From the NCBI GenBank assembly GCA_963785305.1, contig CAWAUV010000005.1:576001-640000 (forward strand): a stretch of 64,000 nt of DNA. The letters are read 5' to 3'. The notes beneath the pieces are model-generated. The model saw nothing but the letters and a program-made list of their open reading frames with translations. It made no database searches and was not told the DNA's origin. Positions 31,611-40,788 of the stretch are shown here, one piece after another (the stretch's first letter is position 1; each line of letters opens with the position of its first letter). Position numbers and translations under genes: made by a program. The stretch is from an uncultured Planctomycetaceae bacterium. Its GTDB lineage: Bacteria > Planctomycetota > Planctomycetia > Pirellulales > PALSA-1355.

Positions 31611-33394
31611 GTCATTCTCCCGAGTGCCGCCGAGCGGCGCGGCATTTTTTAGTTTGTCTAAGAGAATCCCCAAAACGGTAACGGTGCGCAACGCTTCAAG
31701 TCGATCGAAGTCACGCGCAAATCGAAGCCCCGCCTCAGCGCATGAACTGTTCCGGCTAAGAGACCTCCGCGCCGATCGAGCACAAGTTTCAGAAATCGGC
31801 GCACCCGTCTTGAAGCGGAGCAGGAAGGGGTCGGAACGGTTTCTAAGAACAACGCCAGTGCTTCGGCCGCAGGAATTCCAACGATCTCTTGTTTTTGTGT
31901 GCCACCGCGAATAAAAAGACATTTACTAAACTCAATCAAATCCAATGGCCGCACGTGGCGAGGCAAAGAAATTCTTGACTTCTCGCCTCGTTTTGCCGGA
32001 AGCGGCAACTTTAACCAATTGGGCACATTTTGCTCGCCTGCAACCCAACGATCGTTCGCGTCCTTTAGGGCATGGATCGTGGTCGTCGCCGAGTACACGA
32101 CCTTTCGATTCGCTGGATCGATCTTGCGAAAAACAACGAAATCGACCGCCGCGTCGAAATGCGCGTCGTCTTTCGCCTGCACGGCGTCGACTACCGACTG
32201 CGTCTCGTTTTCGTAAACGCGAATCGACTTGGAGAGGCCGTCGTCGTCCAAAGAAGGCTCCGCTTCGGAGAGATCGTCGTCCACTTCGCCCACCACTTTC
32301 GAGACGATTGGATCGACTCGCGTTGCATGAACGAATGCCAGCAAGAGATCGCTTTGCTTCGGCGCTTCTCCGGGGATGGGGCGCCATGTTTTTCCACGCC
32401 GTTCGTCAGTCGTTAGCGCCTCGAAGGCCGCAGCAAGTTGAATTGCCGTGTCTTGCGAGATCGGTAGCGACGTACGCACTAGCGGCGATGGTCTCTCACC
32501 GTTGGGCTCATACCGATCATTCGCCGGAATATCTTTGTTTTTCGCAAAGATATAGGTTTGCCCCAATACCGCCACATTCGGTTGAGGAAAATTGCCGCTC
32601 ACGAGCGACGTCTTCTCTCCACCGACAAGCGCGCAAGTGCCGATGACTAATTTTTCTTTTTTCGATCCGGCCACGCTTCGCAACGCCGCGCTTACTGCAA
32701 TATCCATCTTCGGAGCAAGAATTGAATCGTCGTAGTCAGTTGCATCGGGAACGAACGCGCCGGCGCACTCGTATCTTGCGTTCTGTGGGTTCTTCTTGCC
32801 GATTAGCAAAGCGACTGCTACATCAACCCAAGCATCTTGAGCCTCGGTCCTCAGGTTCTTGATAAGATGCTCCAGGATTTGTTTAAGCAAGCGAGCGGGG
32901 TCGCCGCCGACCGCCGGATCGCATGCTCGTAAGAATCGATCAATTGTCGCCAAAACGACTTCGGCGGGAGTGCCCGTAAGCGAATGGAGTTGCAACCGCC
33001 GCTCATGGAGTCGTTGCAGAAGTTTTTTTCCAGGCCAAGTCCTAGATGAGTCTAGATTGATCTTGCCAATGGGCAACAGATCCAACAGCGCGTAGCGTCG
33101 TTGACCGCCATTTTTCTTGTCGTTCACTTTCTCGCTATCGCAGTGTTCATCATCCAGAGCCAGAAGCGGCTGCTTGGGCTGCATGAACGGAAAGCTATTG
33201 TGCTGGCCGTCACGAAGCGTCCATGGAGTGACTGTCTCCGGAACGAGAAGGACCTCAGAGACATTACCTGTGCTACCCAGCAGAACACGCAGCGTCGGAA
33301 GGCTCCTGCCATCTTTTATGTCTTGGTGACGTTGCACCATTTCGATGCGAGCTGCGCGTGCTCCACGTTCGATTTTGAGCAATTCATTGAGCAT
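31125..33394 (-). CDS. cas8: Divergent large subunit (Cas8c-like), frameshift near 31715
   Basis: Position between cas5 and cas7, about 750 aa when joined, C-terminal AFQLGQLLA motif resembling the Cas8c/Cas11 helical region. Confidence 0.7.
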
Positions 33395-34184
33395 CTGCGC
33401 GTTGCTCCATTTTGCTACGGGCAGGCGGAAAAACGGGCGGAGGATAGGTAAGGGCGCCGTCCGTTATTTGGACGCTCTGGTGAAATTGGGGAGCGTAGTC
33501 GCCATCAATCGACTGATTCCGAATGCCGACAAGCATCGAAGGGATTACCTCCGAAATTGCGTCGTCAACTTCGGTCCGGTCAATGAACTGAAGTTCCCAA
33601 GTTGTGCAAAACGTTTTCCATGCTAAGTTCTCGACTAAACCGCCCGATCCGGCGATCTCGCGGCATCGCGGTGGTCCCCAGTAGGAACAAGTAAACTCAG
33701 ACCAGCCAAGCGTCGGAGTGCGATGGCATCCACCCTTGTTCACATTGCGACAAGCCAAACGGCGATTAAAGAGATCCTGGAGATAGTGCCGCGCATTGAC
33801 GCGATCAGCACTCTTCGATCCGACGACCTCGCCGTGTAGTCGATAACATACGTCGACGAGAACTGTCGCGAACAATTGCATGCTGCTGCCGCCGGGAGCA
33901 ACGCCTTTGCCGAAGAGGCTTTTCTTGCGCAATGGGCCTCCATAATTGGTCGTGTACCGCTGATAACAGATTCGACCGCCGACCTGTCCGGCACGGCGAC
34001 AGATTTCGACCTTCGTCGGATTGATCCAAGCACGGCCATCGCTAAAGAATGCGATGCTTTCGAATATCGCCTTAGCCGCTGACCAAGTCGGCGCCGGGTA
34101 CGACGTCGGCGATCCGCCAGTGTCCGGGCGCGAAAACATCGCGAGCGGCCCTGCGACTTCAACAACGATCGGATAACGGCCCAT
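33384..34184 (-). CDS. cas5: Cas5 (Cas5d-like, divergent)
   Basis: VEVAGPLAMFSRPD...SYPAPTWSAAKAIFESI, VLVDVCYRL, TPTLGWSEF; no cas6 in the locus. Confidence 0.88.
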   Translation of the reverse strand: MGRYPIVVEVAGPLAMFSRPDTGGSPTSYPAPTWSAAKAIFESIAFFSDGRAWINPTKVEICRRAGQVGGRICYQRYTTNYGGPLRKKSLFGKGVAPGGSSMQLFATVLVDVCYRLHGEVVGSKSADRVNARHYLQDLFNRRLACRNVNKGGCHRTPTLGWSEFTCSYWGPPRCREIAGSGGLVENLAWKTFCTTWELQFIDRTEVDDAISEVIPSMLVGIRNQSIDGDYAPQFHQSVQITDGALTYPPPVFPPARSKMEQRADAQ

Positions 34185-34228
34185 TTGCCCACCTATTGCC
34201 TCTACACGTCTCCCCAGCCACGAAGACA

Positions 34229-34256
34229 ACTGTACGTATGTACCAATTAATTGCAA
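34229..34256 (-). promoter_or_regulatory. Candidate sigma70 promoter of the cas5 operon
   Basis: TTGCAA-16 bp-TACAGT on the minus strand, about 45 bp upstream of the cas5 ATG. Confidence 0.5.
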
Positions 34257-34542
34257 TATGCCATCGGCAAAAAACGGCGGCTAATCCATTCTGGGTGGCC
34301 CTCACAAGAGAAAGAAGATGGCTGGCGGCGGACGGATATTGCAATCCGCCCCGCTAGTACACATGGGTCGGCGGTGTGCACGCCGCCGACCCCGCTAACA
34401 GGCTTGGCAATTTCAGCCTCGCCGCGCCAGACATCCTCGCAATACCATGTTCGTTCTATCCGCAGGTCTCGTCATTTGTATTCGCTTTGACCCCGTGACA
34501 GTGTACTATTGATTGCAGCCGGCGACAAGTGCCGTCTCGATT

Positions 34543-34640
34543 GTCGCAGCCCGTTCGGGCTGTGTGGATTGAAATGTTCTTTCAGCGGGGCTTGGTCTTT
34601 TTGTCATCGAGCTGGCGGGGCTTCAATGCCCCGCCAGCCT
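34543..34640 (+). ncRNA. crRNA-like RNA: one degenerate repeat, 35-nt spacer and terminal hairpin (CreR/CreA-like)
   Basis: 34543-34575 matches the array repeat at 26/33 with the stem retained; spacer 34576-34610; 11-bp hairpin 34611-34638; partial PAM-flanked match at 34450-34471. Confidence 0.8.
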
Positions 34641-34865
34641 TAAAACTCCGTTCCAAGGCCACGCGGATCTATCCATCGCGCGGTTCATTGCTCGTCGCCA
34701 TGGGACGGCGAGGACGCTGAAAATCGGACATTATTCACGCGAGGCCGCCAGCTGGATGAAAGCCAACCGCCGAGATTTTTTAGAACGCCTCTCAGACCTA
34801 GGCGGTTTAGATCCGCGGTCGGCTCACCAAGCAATGCAATCAGGATTCTGCGGTTTGCGGCGCTA

Positions 34866-35153
34866 CTATGCGACGAATTGCGGACTCAAGCCGCCAGGCA
34901 AATGCTCCATCGCCGCCGCCGCTCCTGGGCCGGCGTGATCGACGTGGATTTGCCGGCCGTCCAGCTTGTCTTGAAACGACGGCAAGTACTTGCCCAGGTC
35001 ATGCCAGAGCCCAGCCAGATAGCCCCACGAGCCCGCGCCAAAGGCCTCCGCGAAGGCTCGCGAACGCTCGGCGACATTCCGCAAGTGCTCGTCGAGTAAT
35101 TCCCAATCGGCCTTCGGCCGGCCATCGAGACTATGAGCATAGAAGGGCTGCAC
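34866..35153 (-). pseudogene. cas3: N-terminal remnant of a canonical I-C cas3 (HD domain fragment)
   Basis: FYAHS...LDEHLRNVAERSRAFA...GLWHDLGKY...VDH, stops after about 95 aa. Confidence 0.85.
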
Positions 35154-35189
35154 GATGGATTCCCTCAAACAGATTGACAAAAGGATGCG

Positions 35190-35836
35190 GCTGGGCGCCG
35201 AAGTGTATCATGCGAATCAAGCCGACACCGACACGTTCGTTGATAGCGTGCTCGCAGCGCAAGCGAACCTGCAAACGACCGGCGGCAAACCGGAAATCGA
35301 GGAAGCCGTCGCCGACAAAGGGTATCACGCCAACGCGACGCTCGAATGGCCGCCAGCCTCGACATTCGCACCTATATACCGTAGCCGAAACTGGCCCATG
35401 ATCGAACCTGGCAAGACAGGCCGCCGGCGGAGCGTCGCGCCGTCGAGAACAATCGCCGCCGAACGCGTGGCGCGAAAGGCCGTCGCTTCCAACGCCAACG
35501 TGGCGAGCGCGTCGACCGGAAGCTTTGCCCATGTGTGCGACACGGGCGGCGGCCGACGCAGTTGGCTTCGAGGCAAGATTGAAGTAACAAAACGCTACCG
35601 CATCGCGGCCGCGGCGCACAATCTCGCGCGGATCATGCGGATGTTGTTCGGCATGGGCAAGCCCCGAGCGCTGCAAGCCCCCGCCGACCTTGTTTTAATT
35701 GTGTATTTTATCATCACCATAAGGTTTCGCTCCCCCATCGCGCCCGCCCGCGCCTGGAGCGCGCAACCCTGAGCCCCCGCCCGCCAGCCGACGCCCGCGC
35801 CGACCCCGGTCAAGGACGTTTTATAAACGGGCTAGT
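35190..35836 (+). mobile_element. IS1182-like transposase 3' fragment with probable right end
   Basis: VADKGYH, SFAHVCDTGGGRRSWLRG, AAAHNLARIMRMLFGMGKPR; N-terminal half absent. Confidence 0.7.
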
Positions 35837-35899
35837 AGGTCGGCGTGCATGGGAGCGTGTCCTTGTGATTCCGTCTTCTCGGTCTTGAATTACAAGCGA

Positions 35900-36453
35900 T
35901 TAGGCTTTTTTTGCCCTCGCGGGTTTGATCGGCGTGAAAACCTGCAAATCCGCGGGCACGTCGGTCGTCGGCCCGGGCGCGGTTCGTCCCGCCGCGGGGA
36001 GCAACCGCCGAATCTCGCTCAGCGATTTGACCGCCGCCGAGTAATGACGTTGCGCCACGGCCTGCCGTTTGATCTGAAAATTGGCGTTGGGTATGGTCTC
36101 GCCACCGCACGCGACCGCTTTATCGGCGACTTGCACGGCCAGCCAGGCCGAGATCAATCGATCGACGGCCATTTTTAGGAGCGCGGTCGGCGATGGACCG
36201 CCGAGCTCCCTCCGCATTTCGGCGACCGTGCGCTCCACGCACTCACGCGTGAAAACATCGTCGCCCGCAATTCGATCGATCCAATGGCTTTCCGCGAGAA
36301 TCGCGACTTCGCCGACTCGTCTACAAATCTGGGGCTGGTGATCCAGAGTTTCGCGCATGCGCGCAGCGCCGCGGCGTCGCCCTCGTTTGCCAATTCAACA
36401 TCCAACCTGAACTCCGCTCGCGCGGCCTTGACCTTGGGATCATCCGTTTCCAT
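35900..36453 (-). CDS. Hypothetical protein (frameshift near 36360)
   Basis: ANEGDAAAL...RRELGGPSPTALLKMAVDRLISAWLAV in two joined frames. Confidence 0.6.
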
Positions 36454-36757
36454 CGATCTTCCTCCGTTTGCGCCAGCGACCGCGGTCGTGGCGGTGGTAT
36501 CCAGCCGCGATTAGCGCCGCCGCGGCGATTAAGCCCGATAGTTCATCCAGTTCGGCCATCAGCTCGTCCGACGCTTGCCACGACCGTCGCGCGGCCCGAA
36601 CGGCATCTCGCTGCTCGCGGCGGGCAGTCATGGCGCTTTCCAGCAGTTCCGCCACGACCCCCGAGCCGAGATACACGGTCGTTTCACGGCCGTCATCTCG
36701 CCGAACCGTTTTGTAGGCGAATTTTCGGGCGCCGCGATAAACAACAGCAGGCATCTT
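36440..36757 (-). CDS. Hypothetical basic protein
   Basis: YKTVRRDDGRETTVYLGSG, AAGYHRHDRGRWRKRR; overlaps the next start; start uncertain. Confidence 0.55.
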   Translation of the reverse strand, partial: KMPAVVYRGARKFAYKTVRRDDGRETTVYLGSGVVAELLESAMTARREQRDAVRAARRSWQASDELMAELDELSGLIAAAALIAAGYHRHDRGRWRKRRKIDGNG

Positions 36758-36865
36758 GCACCGTCCCATGATCACTGCGCCGCTCGGCATTCCGCCCCCC
36801 GAGTCCGCCCGTCCCCGCCAGCTCTCTCCGACCCCCTGAATTGTCACATTTAGTACGGCGAATCC

Positions 36866-37732
36866 CTATGCCACTTTGTTAACCTCCAATTCCGTTGGCC
36901 GGGGCGAAGAAGGATTGCTCGCGCCGGAAGTCGGATTCGAACGCGTGGCGTCGGTCGAAGGCGGCGGTGGGAGCGTAAATCGTTCGAGGAACATCGCGAA
37001 ATCTTGGTTTATGGATTTCTTGGGGGCCTGAATTTGCTCCAAGCGAGAAATAAGTTCGCTCGCCCGACACAATTCGTCCGTTAAGGCCGGCTTTGAGGAC
37101 GATCGTCGAGCGATTACCAGAATGGCCAAGCGAGCGGCCAGCCGTCCTTCCTTGGTGCTCCAGTCGCGCGTTTTTTCGAGCGTGAACCGGCCGTTGGCGT
37201 CCACGATATTGGCGAGCAACGCTTCGAGCATGTGGGGGCCCCGCGAATAAGCGAACGATTTCACGACGCTCGCGAATTCTTCGCCGCCGTGGCGATGTGC
37301 GCCGAGCAGTCGAGTAATCCAGCCTCGGGCGGCCAAGCGATCGCTCACGGCATGAAAAGTCTGCTCGTAGGCTTCAATAACGTTTTGGGGTAGCGCCAGG
37401 CGAGCGGTGATTTCGGCGAAGCTCTGGCCCGCCAGTAGCCGCGCTTCGAGTTCGAGTCGCGGTCGACCCTCGGACCGGAAAATCTCATGGGCGGCGAACA
37501 GCGCCGGCGCTCGGCGGCGGAGCCCCGAGAACTGCCGCCGTGTTCGGCAGCGCCGCCAGCCGCGAACGAAACTCACGGCTCGACCCGTGGCCGCGTCGTC
37601 GCGAGCCCGAGAATACCGATGCCCGGTGTCGACATGCCAGATGGCCCGCCGCCAACGCCAGTCCGGCGCGAGAAACGGGTCGCAATGATGCTGCTCGTGG
37701 AAGGGTGAGCGACGCTTGCGGACGGTCTTCAT
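36866..37732 (-). CDS. Hypothetical protein with HTH-like segment
   Basis: PDWRWRRA, LEARLLAGQSFAEITARLALPQNVIEAYEQTFHAV. Confidence 0.65.
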   Translation of the reverse strand: MKTVRKRRSPFHEQHHCDPFLAPDWRWRRAIWHVDTGHRYSRARDDAATGRAVSFVRGWRRCRTRRQFSGLRRRAPALFAAHEIFRSEGRPRLELEARLLAGQSFAEITARLALPQNVIEAYEQTFHAVSDRLAARGWITRLLGAHRHGGEEFASVVKSFAYSRGPHMLEALLANIVDANGRFTLEKTRDWSTKEGRLAARLAILVIARRSSSKPALTDELCRASELISRLEQIQAPKKSINQDFAMFLERFTLPPPPSTDATRSNPTSGASNPSSPRPTELEVNKVA

Positions 37733-37754
37733 GGCGAATGCTCTCATTCCGTGG

Positions 37755-38249
37755 TTACGGCTGGCTGAAAAATGTCGTGAGTCGGAGCGACCGGAAATCC
37801 GACGGCGTCGTGGAATGCGACCAGATCGCCGGCGAGCGCGCGAGTATGGATTCCCGCCGCGGAATCAAGACTATCGCCCACATCGACAAATAGCCGTCGA
37901 AAGATGTCCCGACCGCCGGCTCCAGATCGCGACGAATTGAAACCGCTACGAGCCTCGACTCCGTCGAACGCTGAGCCCCCAGCAACACGCGCCGCGACGG
38001 ACCACCGACATAAATGTTGAAGCCGCGTGCGATCACAATGTCCCGGGACGAGCCGACTTCATCCGGCGGCAGCGTGGACGCATCGTCTCGGTCGCGAGGA
38101 AAATCCACAGCACGATCGACCAGTTCGTCGCCGCTCGGCCGGCCATACCGGTAGCGCCGTCGTTTCACCGCCCACTTCCAGCGCCAAGCCGGATCAGACA
38201 AAGCGTCGTGGCGACGAAGAATATGCTCGGAATGTCGCGGAGCACTCAC
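37755..38249 (-). CDS. Hypothetical protein, probable degraded paralogue of 36866-37732
   Basis: PAWRWKWA and LVDRAVDF mirror PDWRWRRA and ATGRAVSF. Confidence 0.45.
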   Translation of the reverse strand: MSAPRHSEHILRRHDALSDPAWRWKWAVKRRRYRYGRPSGDELVDRAVDFPRDRDDASTLPPDEVGSSRDIVIARGFNIYVGGPSRRVLLGAQRSTESRLVAVSIRRDLEPAVGTSFDGYLSMWAIVLIPRRESILARSPAIWSHSTTPSDFRSLRLTTFFSQP

Positions 38250-39067
38250 GGGGCGACTCTTTTAGGTTCGGGTTCGGACGCGAATCACCAGCGTTTGATC
38301 CTACGTTTTGCTCCGGACGTAACCCAGAGGACTTTTGGATTTCAGTTGTTCGCCGACGCGGGTATCGCGTTGCTTTGCAGCGCACGCCTTGGAAAAAAAC
38401 TCGCTAACACTGTTTGTTCGCAGGCGATCATTCGCCAGCAATTTGGGGCGACAGCGGACCGCGACTCTGCCGCCGCACGCGGGAAGAAAACACGCAAATC
38501 GACACGAGGCGCCGAAGTGAATTAGCAGCAACTCGATTATCGCAGGTCGCCAAATGCCATTTGCATCGACATCGAAGAGCCGCTTACCGGGCTCCAGGCC
38601 ATCGGCGGTGCGCAACAAGTGGGCCACGGCGGCGACGATTCTGGTTCTGGCGAGGCTCTGCGAACCGTCGGTGGGCCGAGAAGCACGACTTTAATGCGGA
38701 TGCATATCCGCTGGGCGGCGTCCTTGATCGTCGCCTCGCCGCTCTCGCGGGAAATCACCGCTACCGTCACGCGGCGCGGCACACGAAACCCGCCCAGAAA
38801 ACGCTTCCCGGCCTCAAGTTGTTCGCCTTGTCCATCGCCAAGCTGGTCTTGAAAGATTTAACTGGGCCACGATCACCGCGGGGTGTTTTGCGACGAGAAT
38901 ATTCTCGATGAGCCGCTTCAATCGAAAATTGGAACCGGCGAATTCAGAGGACTCTTGAAAATGGCCGATAGCCCGAACTTTTGGGTTTCGCCATGGTGTT
39001 GATCGCGCTCTGCGCGTTCGTTTGTGGTCACGGTGAAGGCCTCTAAAAATGGCACGGGTAAGTTCGA

Positions 39068-40369
39068 TTATTTCTGAGCTGGTCGCTTTCGCACTCGCTT
39101 CCGCAATTTGCGCCACTGCGCATGAGCCAACTGCCAGAGTCTTTCCAGTTCGTCCCGCGAAGAAATCTCCTCGAACCCGTGCTTGTGCCGTCCGCACAAT
39201 TTTCAGGCAAGCTCGGCCCGCATCGTCGGGCCGGTAGCAGGGCGCGTAGCCGTTCAGCCAGCCTCTGGCCACCTGCTCGGCGACGAGCTGGGAATGATCT
39301 CGTTCATGCGCGCTTCGAAAGTGATTTCTCAGCCGCCGCCAGGCCATGGGCGTGAGCTCGATGGCCAATTCGTCGAAAGCGCGATAGATACGCGTGCCCA
39401 TCCAAACGCTGGTCCGGCCGCCGCTCAAATCCTGGATTGCCTCCTCGGCGACCGCCTTCAGCGGCATTCCCGCGGCCGACAAAATCCGTCGCAGCTCCGC
39501 CTCGGCCTGGGACGCCTCGGCCATGTTGGCGCAGAGCAGCAGAATGTCGTCGGCGTAACGGAGGAGCGGGATTTCTGGACAATTCCGGCGCCATGAGCGG
39601 TCGAGAAAATGATCCAAATATACGTTAAGCATCAGCGGCGACAGTGGGCCGCCCTGGCGAAGTCCAGGCCGCCGCGACGTCAATAAACGTCTCAAGAACT
39701 CGATCAGGGAATCATCGGGAAACTGCTTGCGCACGACGCCCATCAGTCGTGGAATTGGCACATGCGAAAATGCGTCCCGCACATCATGCGCGACGAAAAC
39801 CCAACGATTTTGACGTTGGGCGAGTCGCTCGGCGGATGCGAGCGCATTCTGGCTTCCGACGCCGGGGCGGAAGCCGAAAGAACGCGAGTCGAAACCCGGA
39901 TCGAGTAGCGGCTGCAGAATCTGCATTGCGGCGCGTTGGACCGTGCGATCAATGATGGATGGGAGGTGGAGCACTCGCTCGCCAGTTCCACTGTTTTTCG
40001 CGACTTTTAGCGGTTTGTCATCGCGCGGGCGGTAGGTTCCCGAGCGGATCGCCTTGCCGGCCGTGCGGCATAAGTCCCACGCTTCGATATCGCTGTATTT
40101 CAAATACCGGCGCCCGTCTAAACCGGTGCTTGGCCGCCATGAGCGGCAAGATGGTCCCACGCGTTTTTCAGATTTTTCTGCTCGGCAATCCACTCCAATA
40201 AATGCGGCGCAAGACCGCGAATTTCGGCCCTGCCTTTCGCGACCGCGGCGGCGGCGATCCTCTCGAACTTACTCGCGAAGTCGCGCTGGTCGCCTTGATG
40301 ATAAAGCAGCGTTGTCGGCAGCGGATCGCTCGCCCACCCGCGACTGTACATCAGCCGAAATTCGTACAC
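39068..40369 (-). CDS. Group II intron-like reverse transcriptase (indels near 40125 and 39180)
   Basis: AAGGAGG RBS; RT0-like NLKNAWDHL..GQAP-GLDG, GTYRP, PSIIDRTVQRA, SFGFRP, DVRDAF, GLRQGGPLSPLMLNVYL, RYADD. Confidence 0.92.
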
Positions 40370-40379
40370 CGTAATGCCT

Positions 40380-40788
40380 CCTTACATAAAAACCGGTGGC
40401 GGCGGCAGGGACGCACCTTACGCCCCTGCCGCGCCCCCGTTGGCCCCAAAGGCCAGAAAAAAATGGCGATCGGCGGAGCCATCGCCGTATGTCGTCACAT
40501 GGACAAACCCGGGGGGGTTAAATCCAATGACGGCTGGAGTCCATGCCAGGGCATGGATTCCCGCACGCGCGATGGCGCATCATGGTCGGCCATGGGATAC
40601 CGGATAACGGTTCCTACGCGGGCCAAGATGTATCTCCCGCTTTTGCGCCCCCGGGAGAATCGAGGCGGGATCCAGGTGAACCCGAATCGCTGGACCGGCT
40701 CTTGGCCGATCCCACCAGGATTGTGCGGCGATCGAGGTCTCCGCGTCCTGGGATTAGCGAGTGGTGAACGGCGGCGGCGCCACCAAAA
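40380..40788 (-). ncRNA. Candidate structured non-coding RNA upstream of the RT
   Basis: Intergenic gap packed with inverted repeats, including a hairpin followed by T7 on the minus strand (40486-40457). Confidence 0.45.

Noticed and set aside
38301..39060. Possible gene directly downstream of the RT
   Set aside because: Protein-like fragments occur in several frames, but I could not support a start, a consistent frame or a family.
39068..40369. RT as a CRISPR-associated RNA spacer acquisition enzyme
   Set aside because: It is about 12 kb from cas1, not fused to it, separated by an IS fragment, and the system is type I rather than type III.
38300..40788. RT as a DGR or retron
   Set aside because: No adenine-variable TR/VR pair was seen and no VTG retron motif; the RT0 region and QGGPLSP motif are group II-like. 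A computational check is still advisable.
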